A stretch of DNA of 64,000 bases from Eledone cirrhosa. Taxonomy: Eukaryota. The position numbers were made by a program, and so were the translations under genes. The notes under the pieces are model-generated. The model was not told the origin of the DNA and searched no databases. It saw only the letters and a list, made by a program, of their open reading frames with translations. The stretch's first letter is position 1, and each line of letters starts with the position of its first letter. Shown one piece after another: positions 1 to 10,785 of the stretch. Location of the stretch: assembly GCA_964016885.1 (NCBI GenBank), contig OZ024750.1:40734001-40798000 (forward strand), in the 5' to 3' direction.

Positions 1-558
1 TTCTTAGCGTCGTGTCTCTTTTGATTTCTTGTGGGGAGGTGATTGTGAAGTCTCCTCCTTCTTTGAAAGTTACATACTGTTTCGCTTCCTTCATCTTTTC
101 TCTCAGAGTTGTAATGTCCAGTTGCTTGCAGGTTTGTGTTTTCCGGACCGCCTGTGCAAAGGAGGCACCAGTAGTGGGTTCGCTTTGTTTGGTGTTATCG
201 TTATTTTTTCCTTGGTTGGTGTTGTGACTATTGCTGTTATTGTCGTTGTTGTTTTTGTCTGCGTTTATGTGACTTTCTGGGTTTTCACCCATTTTTACAA
301 ATTTTTCTTTTAATTCCGTGTTCCATGTTTCTTTTGCAGAAGTCAGGAGGGAAGACTTAGAGCCTTGTGCTTCTAGCTTCTCTGTATCACCTTTCTTAGG
401 GGGCGTGGCTTTCACGTTAGGATGAGATGTGAAAATTCCGTCCATTTCTATTAGTTTGCCGTAATAAATTTTAAACTGGAAAATTCGCCCCAAAAAGGGG
501 CGAAAATGAATAAACTCAAAGTTTGACGACCAAGGCAAGGGGTTAACGTATATTACAG

Positions 559-594
<36 letters not shown>

Positions 595-677
595 CAAAAC
601 TCACTTTTTGAGTAAGTAAATCCGACTCGGTAGCCAAGCTTGTTCACACACGTCAACACACGTCTCTCGTATACGAG
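1..677 (-). mobile_element. Tx1/L1-type non-LTR retrotransposon, copy 0 (5' UTR and ORF1 N-terminus; continues beyond window start)
   Basis: Near-identical to 5721-6376 and ~12062-12738; ORF1 ATG (MDGIFTSH) at 445; same 5' junction to the 72-bp repeat. Confidence 0.93.
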
Positions 678-742
678 ATGTTATGTGAGATATTATGTGA
701 GGTAAAGCCTTTACTGTGAAAATACAATAGTATATATAGAGT
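678..742. repeat. 65-bp partial unit of the 72-bp repeat separating two retrotransposon copies
   Basis: atgttatgtgagatattatgtgaggtaaagcctttactgtgaaaatacaatagtatatatagagt = 72-bp unit lacking aatgtaa; identical spacer at 12739-12803. Confidence 0.95.
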
Positions 743-979
743 GGTTTCTTTATTTGCCACTAGGGCACAAAAGGTAGGGACAGATACAAGGGGGGAAGTT
801 TACATATAATTAACGAGTACAAAAATATAACAATGAAATAACAACAACAAACGAAGTCCTCAATAGGGAGGGGGCATTAACATGGGTCGCACACACCCCG
901 GAAAAAATGTGTAACCCTTCTCCTCAGGAGCACAAAGAGTAGGTGCTTCCCTCGTCTCCTCTTTTTCCTCTTCTTTCAC

Positions 980-3900
980 CTACAGGCTGATATAGAGAGA
1001 AGACCCATTCACTCTGGCCATTCTCCCTACTTTCACCCACCTTTCATAAAACTTGCTGGGGTAGAGCACCTCTCTCTCCATTCTGATCCTTCTTTTAAAA
1101 TGGTATTTGAAAAAGGGGACCAGTTGTTGGCCGGAGAGAAAGGTGTCTGACCTCAGCCCTTTCAGCCTCGTCCACCATACAACTTCTTTAGCCATGGCTA
1201 CCACACAGAGAAAAACCGCCTCTCCTTCGTTTTTGAAAGGGGGAGGCGGTTTGATCGTGACAATGGACTCGGTGGTCAACCGGATTGGTCCCACCCTCGA
1301 CAGTAGTCGTTGCACATAGCCCCACAGGTCAGCAATGCCTGGGCAGTGTACGAATGCGTGCGCAACGGTTTCGTCATCATGCACGCATCTCGGACAGATC
1401 TTATTCAAAGGATCTCTACCCAGGCTCCCATGCCTGTGGAGCTTGTCTCGAACAGGTAGAGCCCCTCGGTAGCACTGCCAAGCCAGGGACTTTTGGAAGT
1501 TGTCCATCGGTCCAGGGCCAAACGTCCTACCGAACAGACTGGCCAGTTCATCTTCCTCCATGCCTAGAGCTTCTCCGAGAGCATCGTCGCACCTGCTGCA
1601 TACCAACCCTCTATAGAATGTCGAGGTGGAGTCTCCACTGATTGCCGGGTCCGCTTTCCAGAGGGCCGTGAGCGCCTGGGCACATTCAATGTGCCAGTCG
1701 CCCACTTTTCTCGGTCTTTGCTTGACCCAGGATTGCAGCTCGGTGAGCGAGACGAGTCTAGGAAAGGCTCGCCTCACAAACGGGGCCCACACCGGTTGAC
1801 CGGTGAGGAATACCTGGAGGTGCCGTAGCCTTAATGCGTGTTTACGCATCTGTAGCCACGGCATCCCCAGCCCTCCTTTCGAAGGGTGTTGACAGCAGAT
1901 GGATCTCCTCACCAAAGGGGTTCGCTTGTTCCAAAGAAATTGGAACAGCGCGCACTCCATTTTGGCGAGTCTTTTCACTGGGCAAGGCACGACGGTCAAG
2001 CGGTAGTAGATGACGGATGCTATATAAGTATTCGCCACCTCCGCTCGACCTTTCAGGGATAGTTTGCACTGGGCCCACTTCTGGGTGAGTGCAAACACCC
2101 TGGCCGTTACCTCGTTCCAGTTTTTCTCCACCTGGAGGTCTGGTCCGAACCAGACCCCAAGCAGCTTCACCGGGCCCTCCGTCCAGCGTCCGACGACGTC
2201 GTTGGAGGGCATCGGTTTGCCTCTCCATGTTCCGAGTTGCAAACCGACGGACTTGTCCCGGTTCAGCTTGACTCCTGTAAACCTTTCATATTCCTCCAGT
2301 AAGGTGCCGATCTCACCGATTTGCGAGGTTTTCGACACCATTACTGTCACGTCATCGGCGTAGGCCGACGCCGCTTTCTGCAATCCCGGTTCCAAAGGGA
2401 TGCCCTGCAACCGCTCCAACTTCCGCAGTAGTGGCTCAAGAGCCAGCACATACAGTAGGGAGGAGAGAGGGCATCCCTGTCGGATGGATCGCATGATTTG
2501 GAACGGCTCCGAGAGGTGGCCGTTCACCTTGACCCTTGAGCAGACGTTGCTGCTGTGCATCGCAGCAATCCAACCCCTGAAAACGGGTCCGAAGCCTGCC
2601 GCCGCGAGCACCGCATCCAGGTAACGATGGTCAACCCTATCGAAAGCTTTAGATTGATCCAAGTTGATCAGGGCCCCACCAAAGCCGGGTTCATTCCCTA
2701 CCCTCTCTATGATGTATCGCATAAGGTGGAGATTGTCGTGAATGGACCTGGACGGGATTGCGCATGTCTGCGCTTCTCCCACCAGGTTTCCAACGACAAG
2801 CGCCAACCTCTTCGCTAACACCTTGGCCAAAATCTTTAACTCTGTATTTAGCAGAGTTATGGGTCTGAAGTTACTTATGTCATCCCCCTTGTTCTCATCC
2901 TTCCTCACCAGCATAACTACGCCCTTGGTCACAGAACTGGGAATTCTCCCGTTCTGCTGCCAGTTGCAGTAGACCGCTTCGAGGATATCGGAGAACAAGT
3001 CCGGCATCGCTACATATAGCTCGTATGGTAGACCATCGAGACCCGGGGATTTGCGTTTGCCGCATTGGCTCAGCGCCGCCCCTATCTCAGCAGCTGAAAT
3101 CGTCCTTTCGCAGGACTTCGCGTCCGAGAGGCGCGGCAGACCGTCGAGGTATGGATTGAAATCCATAGTCTCACCCGGCGCGCCGCCCCTCTCGAACAGT
3201 CGTGCAAAGTGCCGCTGAAAGGCCGCACACATCTGCCCAGGTTCAAGGATCACACGCCCATCCTGGTCCTTCAAAGACCGAATCGTGGACTTGTTCCCAC
3301 TTTTTGCCTCTGTCACTCGGGCCCAGCTCACAGCTTTGGCTCCCTCATTACCCAGAGCACGTATTTTACTCCTGACAACGCAGCCTTCATGCTTCACCTC
3401 AAAGAACTGGTCTAAGGCCATTCTTGATGCCAGCACGCCGGCTACATTGCCACTCCTAATCGCCTCTTCTACTCTATCTACTAATTCCCTTTCCGTCTTG
3501 TTCCTATCCCTTGCTAATTCCTGACTAAAACCTATCGATTCTATTCTAATTGCTCTCTTAAGAGAGCTCCACCACCTGTTGTTGACAATTGCCCCTGTCA
3601 AACTCTGCTTAACTAACGTGCTAATCCGTTTACTGTAAGCTTTGCTTCTCGGTAAGGACAAGTTCAGCTTCCAGTAACCGGGTCCCTGTCTATGGGTTCT
3701 ATCAAGGTTGGCTATGCAGGTCACTAACTTGTGATCCGAATAGTCAACCATGAACATTTTTGGACAGCTAAATGTGTCCCTATCGTTCTCTCTAACTAGG
3801 ACCCTATCTAGGTACGACCTAGATGTTCCACTGCGATTGGTCCACGTCCATAGTGGTACAGTCGGAAAATCTAGTCGATATCTATCGGCCAGGTCAAATC

Positions 3901-4411
3901 GGCCGATTAACCTTTTGAGGCTTTTACACCCCCCTCTATTGGCACATGCCCCTACATAGTCCCAACGTGCATCCAGGATACCATTCCAGTCCCCCACTAA
4001 AAGCAAGGAGCGGGACGTTCCCAGAAAAGTTTCCAGACGTTGGAAGTATTCCGGCTGCGCTGCCCAAAAAGGGGCATACACAGCTATTAGTCTAAGGGCT
4101 CCACTTTCACTACTGCCGACGTCTAAAACCACCAGTCGACCCTCCGGGTCAAGGTGCACCTTCTGTATGGCGAGGCCCAGGTGTTTTTGCAGCAGAACGA
4201 CAACTCCACCCCCACCCCCCGGTTGACAGAGAGATGCGAAGATCTCAAAGTCGTCGAAGAGGGGCGCCAGTTGGTGCTCGCTGCTGATCCTGGACTCGCA
4301 AATAGCCATTACATCCATTCTATGCGACCTGAGATCGTTTAAAAGTTTGCCTTGTTTCCAAGACAGTCCCAGGCCACGTACATTCAGACACCCAACTCTT
4401 ATATCAGCCAT
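980..4411 (-). CDS. ORF2 polyprotein: APE endonuclease + reverse transcriptase + C-terminal Cys/His finger (1143 aa, intact)
   Basis: APE motifs LNVRG, AICE, VYAP, GDWN, YLDRV, YSDH; RT motifs SPGLDG, FRPITLLN, DQSKAFDRVDH, RQGCPLS, YADD, KLLGV; HPSKGGLG and CPRC...HAFVHC typical of L1/Tx1 ORF2. Confidence 0.96.
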   Translation of the reverse strand: MADIRVGCLNVRGLGLSWKQGKLLNDLRSHRMDVMAICESRISSEHQLAPLFDDFEIFASLCQPGGGGGVVVLLQKHLGLAIQKVHLDPEGRLVVLDVGSSESGALRLIAVYAPFWAAQPEYFQRLETFLGTSRSLLLVGDWNGILDARWDYVGACANRGGCKSLKRLIGRFDLADRYRLDFPTVPLWTWTNRSGTSRSYLDRVLVRENDRDTFSCPKMFMVDYSDHKLVTCIANLDRTHRQGPGYWKLNLSLPRSKAYSKRISTLVKQSLTGAIVNNRWWSSLKRAIRIESIGFSQELARDRNKTERELVDRVEEAIRSGNVAGVLASRMALDQFFEVKHEGCVVRSKIRALGNEGAKAVSWARVTEAKSGNKSTIRSLKDQDGRVILEPGQMCAAFQRHFARLFERGGAPGETMDFNPYLDGLPRLSDAKSCERTISAAEIGAALSQCGKRKSPGLDGLPYELYVAMPDLFSDILEAVYCNWQQNGRIPSSVTKGVVMLVRKDENKGDDISNFRPITLLNTELKILAKVLAKRLALVVGNLVGEAQTCAIPSRSIHDNLHLMRYIIERVGNEPGFGGALINLDQSKAFDRVDHRYLDAVLAAAGFGPVFRGWIAAMHSSNVCSRVKVNGHLSEPFQIMRSIRQGCPLSSLLYVLALEPLLRKLERLQGIPLEPGLQKAASAYADDVTVMVSKTSQIGEIGTLLEEYERFTGVKLNRDKSVGLQLGTWRGKPMPSNDVVGRWTEGPVKLLGVWFGPDLQVEKNWNEVTARVFALTQKWAQCKLSLKGRAEVANTYIASVIYYRLTVVPCPVKRLAKMECALFQFLWNKRTPLVRRSICCQHPSKGGLGMPWLQMRKHALRLRHLQVFLTGQPVWAPFVRRAFPRLVSLTELQSWVKQRPRKVGDWHIECAQALTALWKADPAISGDSTSTFYRGLVCSRCDDALGEALGMEEDELASLFGRTFGPGPMDNFQKSLAWQCYRGALPVRDKLHRHGSLGRDPLNKICPRCVHDDETVAHAFVHCPGIADLWGYVQRLLSRVGPIRLTTESIVTIKPPPPFKNEGEAVFLCVVAMAKEVVWWTRLKGLRSDTFLSGQQLVPFFKYHFKRRIRMEREVLYPSKFYERWVKVGRMARVNGSSLYISL

Positions 4412-4432
4412 GTTGGTTAAAAGAGGAAGGAC

Positions 4433-6165
4433 CTACCTGTTCGGTTCCTGAGGAGCAGGTTGCACAATATCCATGGGCGTATTGGAGGGGTTGTTTGGTG
4501 GGGTGTTGTTCTGTGGTGGAGTGGGGGTGTTTGGTGAGGTGTGGGTGGGGAAACGTTTCAAGAGGACGCGGTTATAGGGTCGAGTACATGTTTTCCCCAC
4601 GTCCTCAGGAAAGTTCTCTCTTAGTTTTGCATAGGTGTCCATTGGGAGTCTTATCATTTTTAAATGCGGTTTGTTGGCCGCGCTTGCAAAGAATTGCCCT
4701 TCAGTTTCCACCAAAGGGTCTTTGTGTATTGTTTTTACTAGTTCTTTGTTATTTGTGTTAATGTATGTATACTGTTTTATTTGTGTTGTGTTTGTTTGTT
4801 GTTCTTGTGTGTGCTTACGTTTTGTTGTATGTGTTATGTTTTGGGGTGGGGCGGATTTTGTTTGTTCTGTTTGTTTTGTTTTTGTTGGTGGTTGTGTGTT
4901 TGTTTCGTTTATGTTCGAGTGGTGCTTTCTTTTTTTTTCCTTTTTACAGGTTGGAAGGGTTCCCCCTCTTCGTCACTAGGTGCCGTTTCCGCTGGGTCCT
5001 CGTCCGTGCTGTCGGGTAGTGGTGTATTTTGGGGTTTTGTTGTACTTGTGTGTGTTTTGGGAGTTGTTTTGGGTGGGGCCGTGTCTTGTGTTATTTTTCC
5101 GTGTTGTTTTTGTTGTTGTAGTGGTGGTGGTGGTGGTGGTGGTGGTGGCGGTGGTGGTGTGTGGGGTGTAGGCAAAAGAGCCTTTTTTTTTGTCAATTGA
5201 GGACAAGCAGCCCTTAGATGACCCCTGCTTGAACAGTAGTAACATATGGGCCTCCTACCCTCGGCTGAAATATATATAAATGTTTCTCCATCGAGGGACA
5301 CCTTCTGTGGTATTCTAGCTATTCGTTCTGGTTTCATTTGGACCAGAACCTCCACGCTCAAACCGCCGAAAACGTCTGTGGTGACTTCTCCTACTGAGAG
5401 GATTCCGTCCTCGTCTTCTAAAAATCCTGTTAGTACCCAGGAAATGCATGCATTTGGCCGGATTCCGGAGACCCTTATCTTCTGCGTTCTTTTCCCTAAA
5501 TATGTGGGGAAAAATGTATGTAGCTTGGAAACAATTGGTGCCACAGAGTATTTCCTGGCCGTCAATTGATCCTTCATTAGGACCGTTATATTCCCATAGA
5601 GTGGCCCTTTTTGTATGAACGATATATCACTCCACACATTTTTTAGGACCAGCTCAATCTCTTTTTGGGATAATTGAGTTGGTTTCCTTGTTATGTTGGA
5701 AATTGTTCTGAAAGATATCGTTCTTAGCGTCGTGTCTCTTTTGATTTCTTGTGGGGAGGTGATTGTGAAGTCTCCTCCTTCTTTGAAAGTTACATACTGT
5801 TTCGCTTCCTTCATCTTTTCTCTCAGAGTTGTAATGTCCAGTTGCTTGCAGGTTTGTGTTTTCCGGACCGCCTGTGCAAAGGAGGCACCAGTAGTGGGTT
5901 CGCTTTGTTTGGTGTTATCGTTATTTTTTCCTTGGTTGGTGTTGTGACTATTGCTGTTATTGTCGTTGTTGTTTTTGTCTGCGTTTATGTGACTTTCTGG
6001 GTTTTCACCCATTTTTACAAATTTTTCTTTTAATTCCGTGTTCCATGTTTCTTTTGCAGAAGTCAGGAGGGAAGACTTAGAGCCTTGTGCTTCTAGCTTC
6101 TCTGTATCACCTTTCTTAGGGGGCGTGGCTTTCACGTTAGGATGAGATGTGAAAATTCCGTCCAT
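4433..6165 (-). CDS. ORF1 gag-like nucleic-acid-binding protein (~576 aa if corrected), frameshifted at A9 run 4930-4938
   Basis: CX2CX4HX4C knuckle CYYCSSRGHLRAAC, Pro/Thr-rich tail; split into ORFs 4909..6258 and 4433..4714; copy 2 has A7 here and reads through. Confidence 0.85.
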
Positions 6166-6376
6166 TTCTATTAGTTTGCCGTAATAAATTTTTAACTGGA
6201 AAATTCGCCCCAAAAAGGGGCGAAAATAAATAAACTCAAAGTTTGACGACCAAGGCAAGGGGTTAACGTATATTACAGTATAAAAAAATTAATCAAAACT
6301 CACTTTTTGAGTAAGTAAATCCGACTCGGTAGCCGAGCTTGTTCACACACGTCAACACACGTCTCTCGTATACGAG

Positions 6377-7089
6377 ATGTTATGTGAGATATTATGTGAG
6401 GTAAAGCCTTTACTGTGAAAATACAATAGTATATATAGAGTAATGTAAATGTTATGTGAGATATTATGTGAGGTAAAGCCTTTACTGTGAAAATACAATA
6501 GTATATATAGAGTAATGTAAATGTTCTGTGAGATATTATGTGAGGTAAAGCCTTTACTGTGAAAATACAATAGTATATATAGAGTAATGTAAATGTTCTG
6601 TGAGATATTATGTGAGGTAAAACCTTTACTGTGAAAATACAATAGTATATATAGAGTAATGTAAATGTTATGTGAGATATTATGTGAGGTAAAACCTTTA
6701 CTGTGAAAATACAATAGTATATATAGAGTAATGTAAATGTTATGTGAGATATTATGTGAGGTAAAGCTTTTACTGTGAAAATACAATAGTATATATAGAG
6801 TAATGTAAATGTTATGTGAGATATTATGTGAGGTAAAGCTTTTACTGTGAAAATACAATAGTATATATAGAGTAATGTAAATGTTATATGAGATATTATG
6901 TGAAGTAAAGCCTTTACTGTGAAAATACAATAGTATATATAGAGTAATGTAAATGTTATGTGAGATATTATGTGAGGTAAAGCCTTTACTGTGAAAATAC
7001 AATAGTATATATAGAGTAATGTAAATGTTATGTGAGATATTATGTGAGGTAAAGCCTTTACTGTGAAAATACAATAGTATATATAGAGT
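6377..7089. repeat. 72-bp tandem repeat, 10 units minus 7 bp (713 bp), MITE-derived
   Basis: Exact 72-bp period (gttatgtgag at 6379, 6451, ...). Confidence 0.97.
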
Positions 7090-7326
7090 GGTTTCTTTAT
7101 TTGCCACTAGGGCACAAAAGGTAGGGACAGATACAAGGGGGGAAGTTTACATATAATTAACGAGTACAAAAATATAACAATGAAATAACAACAACAAACG
7201 AAGTCCTCAATAGGGAGGGGGCATTAACATGGGTCGCACACACCCCGGAAAAAATGTGTAACCCTTCTCCTCAGGAGCACAAAGAGTAGGTGCTTCCCTC
7301 GTCTCCTCTTTTTCCTCTTCTTTCAC

Positions 7327-10300
7327 CTACAAGCTGATATAGAGAGAAGACCCATTCACTCTGGCCATTCTCCCTACTTTCACCCACCTTTCATAAAACT
7401 TGCTGGGGTAGAGCACCTCTCTCTCCATTCTGATCCTTCTTTTAAAATGGTATTTGAAAAAGGGGACCAGTTGTTGGCCGGAGAGAAAGGTGTCTGACCT
7501 CAGCCCTTTCAGCCTCGTCCACCATACAACTTCTTTAGCCATGGCTACCACACAGAGAAAAACCGCCTCTCCTTCGTTTTTGAAAGGGGGAGGCGGTTTG
7601 ATCGTGACAATGGACTCGGTGGTCAACCGGATTGGTCCCACCCTCGACAGTAGTCGTTCCACATAGCCCCACAGGTCAGCAATGCCTGGGCAGTGTACGA
7701 ATGCGTGCGCAACGGTTTCGTCATCATGCACGCATCTCAGACAGATCTTATTCAAAGGATCTCTACCCAGGCTCCCATGCCTGTGGAGCTTGTCTCGAAC
7801 GGGTAGAGCCCCTCGGTAGCACTGCCAAGCCAGGGACTTTTGGAAGTTGTCCATCGGTCCAGGGCCAAACGTCCTACCGAACAGACTGGCCAGTTCAACT
7901 TCCTCCATGCCTAGAGCTTCTCCGAGAGCATCGTCGCACCTGCTGCGTACCAACCCTCTATAGAATGTCGAGGTGGAGTCTCCACTGATTGCCGGGTCCG
8001 CTTTCCAGAGGGCCGTGAGCGCCTGGGCACATTCAATGTGCCAGTCGCCCGCTTTTCTCGGTCTTTGCTTGACCCAGGATTGCAGCTCGGTGAGCGAGAC
8101 GAGTCTGGGAAAGGCTCGCCTCACAAACGGGGCCCACACCGGTTGACCGGTGAGGAATACCTGGAGGTGCCGTAGCCTTAATGCGTGTTTACGCATCTGT
8201 AGCCACGGCATCCCCAGCCCTCCTTTCGAAGGGTGTTGACAGCAGATGGATCTCCTCACCAAAGGGGTCCGCTTGTTCCAAAGAAATTGGAACAGCGCGC
8301 ACTCCATTTTGGCGAGTCTTTTCACTGGGCAAGGCACGACGGTCAAGCGGTAGTAGATGACGGATGCTATATAAGTATTCGCCACCTCCGCTCGACCTTT
8401 CAGGGATAGTTTGCACTGGGCCCACTTCTGGGTGAGTGCAAACACCCTGGCCGTTACCTCGTTCCAGTTTTTCTCCACCTGGAGGTCTGGTCCGAACCAG
8501 ACCCCAAGCAGCTTCACCGGGCCCTCCGTCCAGCGTCCGACGACGTCGTTGGAGGGCATCGGTTTGCCTCTCCATGTTCCGAGTTGCAAACCGACGGACT
8601 TGTCCCGGTTCAGCTTGGCTCCTGTAAACCTTTCATATTCCTCCAGTAAGGTGCCGATCTCACCGATTTGCGAGGTTTTCGACACCATTACTGTCACGTC
8701 ATCGGCGTAGGCCGACGCCGCTTTCTGCAATCCCGGTTCCAAAGGGATGCCCTGCAACCGCTCCAACTTCCGCAGTAGTGGCTCAAGAGCCAGCACATAC
8801 AGTAGGGAGGAGAGAGGGCATCCCTGTCGGATGGATCGCATGATTTGGAACGGCTCCGAGAGGTGGCCGTTCACCTTGACCCTTGAGCAGACGTTGCTGC
8901 TGTGCATCGCAGCAATCCAACCCCTGAAAACGGGTCCGAAGCCTGCCGCCGCGAGCACCGCATCCAGGTAACGATGGTCAACCCTATCGAAAGCTTTAGA
9001 TTGATCCAAGTTGATCAGGGCCCCACCAAAGCCGGGTTCATTCCCTACCCTCTCTATGATGTATCGCATAAGGTGGAGATTGTCGTGAATGGACCTGGAC
9101 GGGATTGCGCATGTCTGCGCTTCTCCCACCAGGTTTCCAACGACAAGCGCCAACCTCTTCGCTAACACCTTGGCCAAAATCTTTAACTCTGTATTTAGCA
9201 GAGTTATGGGCCTGAAGTTACTTATGTCATCCCCCTTGTTCTCATCCTTCCTCACCAGCGTAACTACGCCCTTGGTCACAGAACTGGGAATTCTCCCGTT
9301 CTGCTGCCAGTTGCAGTAGACCGCTTCGAGGATATCGGAGAACAAGTCCGGCATCGCTACATATAGCTCGTATGGTAGACCATCGAGACCCGGGGATTTG
9401 CGTTTGCCGCATTGGCTCAGCGCCGCCCCTATCTCAGCAGCTGAAATCGTCCTTTCGCAGGACTTCGCCTCCGCGTCCGAGAGGCGCGGCAGACCGTCGA
9501 GGTATGGATTGAAATCCATAGTCTCACCCGGCGCGCCGCTCCTCTCGAACAGTCGTGCAAAGTGCCGCTGAAAGGCCGCACACATCTGCCCAGGTTCAAG
9601 GATCACACGCCCATCCTGGTCCTTCAAAGACCGAATCGTGGACTTGTTCCCACTTTTTGCCTCTGTCACTCGGGCCCAGCTTACAGCTTTGGCTCCCTCA
9701 TTACCCAGAGCACGTATTTTACTTCTGACAACGCAGCCTTCATGCTTCACCTCAAAGAACTGGTCTAAGGCCATTCTTGATGCCAGCACGCCGGCTACAT
9801 TGCCACTCCTAATCGCCTCTTCTACTCTATCTACTAATTCCCTTTCCGTCTTGATCCTATCCCTTGCTAATTCCTGACTAAAACCTATCGATTCTATTCT
9901 AATTGCTCTCTTAAGAGAGCTCCACCACCTGTTGTTGACAATTGCCCCTGTCAAACTCTGCTTAACTAACGTGCTAATCCGTTTACTGTAAGCTTTGCTT
10001 CTCGGTAAGGACAAGTTCAGTTTCCAGTAACCGGGTCCCTGTCTATGGGTTCTATCAAGGTTGGCTATGCAGGTCACTAACTTGTGATCCGAATAGTCAA
10101 CCATGAACATTTTTGGACAGCTAAATGTGTCCCTATCGTTCTCTCTAACTAGGACCCTATCTAGGTACGACCTAGATGTTCCACTGCGATTGGTCCACGT
10201 CCATAGTGGTACAGTCGGAAAATCTAGTCGATATCTATCGGCCAGGTCAAATCGGCCGATTAACCTTTTGAGGCTTTTACACCCCCCTCTATTGGCACAT

Positions 10301-10764
10301 GCCCCTACATAGTCCCAACGTGCATCCAGGATACCATTCCAGTCCCCCACTAAAAGCAAGGAGCGGGACGTTCCCAGAAAAGTTTCCAGACGTTGGAAGT
10401 ATTCCGGCCGCGCTGCCCAAAAAGGGGCGTACACAGCTATTAGTCTAAGGGCTCCACTTTCACTACTGCCGACGTCTAAAACCACCAGTCGACCCTCCGG
10501 GTCCAGGTGCACCTTCTGTATGGCGAGGCCCAGGTATTTTCGCAGCAGAACGACAACTCCACCCCCACCCCCCGGTTGACAGAGAGATGCGAAGATCTCA
10601 AAGTCGTCGAAGAGGGGCGCCAGTTGGTGCTCGCTGCTGATCCTGGACTCGCAAATAGCCATTACATCCATTCTATGCGACCTGAGATCGTTTAAAAGTT
10701 TGCCTTGTTTCCAAGACAGTCCCAGGCCACGTACATTCAGACACCCAACTCTTATATCAGCCAT
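7327..10764 (-). CDS. ORF2 APE+RT+Zn finger (1145 aa, intact)
   Basis: Same motifs as copy 1; CLRC instead of CPRC. Confidence 0.96.
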   Translation of the reverse strand: MADIRVGCLNVRGLGLSWKQGKLLNDLRSHRMDVMAICESRISSEHQLAPLFDDFEIFASLCQPGGGGGVVVLLRKYLGLAIQKVHLDPEGRLVVLDVGSSESGALRLIAVYAPFWAARPEYFQRLETFLGTSRSLLLVGDWNGILDARWDYVGACANRGGCKSLKRLIGRFDLADRYRLDFPTVPLWTWTNRSGTSRSYLDRVLVRENDRDTFSCPKMFMVDYSDHKLVTCIANLDRTHRQGPGYWKLNLSLPRSKAYSKRISTLVKQSLTGAIVNNRWWSSLKRAIRIESIGFSQELARDRIKTERELVDRVEEAIRSGNVAGVLASRMALDQFFEVKHEGCVVRSKIRALGNEGAKAVSWARVTEAKSGNKSTIRSLKDQDGRVILEPGQMCAAFQRHFARLFERSGAPGETMDFNPYLDGLPRLSDAEAKSCERTISAAEIGAALSQCGKRKSPGLDGLPYELYVAMPDLFSDILEAVYCNWQQNGRIPSSVTKGVVTLVRKDENKGDDISNFRPITLLNTELKILAKVLAKRLALVVGNLVGEAQTCAIPSRSIHDNLHLMRYIIERVGNEPGFGGALINLDQSKAFDRVDHRYLDAVLAAAGFGPVFRGWIAAMHSSNVCSRVKVNGHLSEPFQIMRSIRQGCPLSSLLYVLALEPLLRKLERLQGIPLEPGLQKAASAYADDVTVMVSKTSQIGEIGTLLEEYERFTGAKLNRDKSVGLQLGTWRGKPMPSNDVVGRWTEGPVKLLGVWFGPDLQVEKNWNEVTARVFALTQKWAQCKLSLKGRAEVANTYIASVIYYRLTVVPCPVKRLAKMECALFQFLWNKRTPLVRRSICCQHPSKGGLGMPWLQMRKHALRLRHLQVFLTGQPVWAPFVRRAFPRLVSLTELQSWVKQRPRKAGDWHIECAQALTALWKADPAISGDSTSTFYRGLVRSRCDDALGEALGMEEVELASLFGRTFGPGPMDNFQKSLAWQCYRGALPVRDKLHRHGSLGRDPLNKICLRCVHDDETVAHAFVHCPGIADLWGYVERLLSRVGPIRLTTESIVTIKPPPPFKNEGEAVFLCVVAMAKEVVWWTRLKGLRSDTFLSGQQLVPFFKYHFKRRIRMEREVLYPSKFYERWVKVGRMARVNGSSLYISL

Positions 10765-10785
10765 GTTGGTTAAAAGAGGAAGGAC

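Larger units (their letters stand above)
743..6376 (-). mobile_element. Full-length Tx1/L1-type non-LTR retrotransposon, copy 1 (~5.63 kb)
   Basis: 5' UTR 6166-6376, ORF1, ORF2, 3' UTR 743-979 ending ...gtggcAATAAAgaaacc with no poly(A); 72-bp repeat on both sides. Confidence 0.95.

Noticed and set aside
562-589. A28 run as a LINE poly(A) tail
   Set aside because: It lies in the 5' UTR of a minus-strand element (poly-T in sense) and is only A7 in copies 1 and 3.
6377-7089. CRISPR-like array
   Set aside because: Contiguous units with no unique spacers, no cas genes, eukaryotic context; the same applies to the other minisatellites.
6352-7107. 251-aa and 384-aa (18413..19567) ORFs with a 24-aa repeat
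   Set aside because: They are translations of the 72-bp satellite with no ATG start; one stop-free frame of a unit divisible by 3 gives a long ORF automatically.
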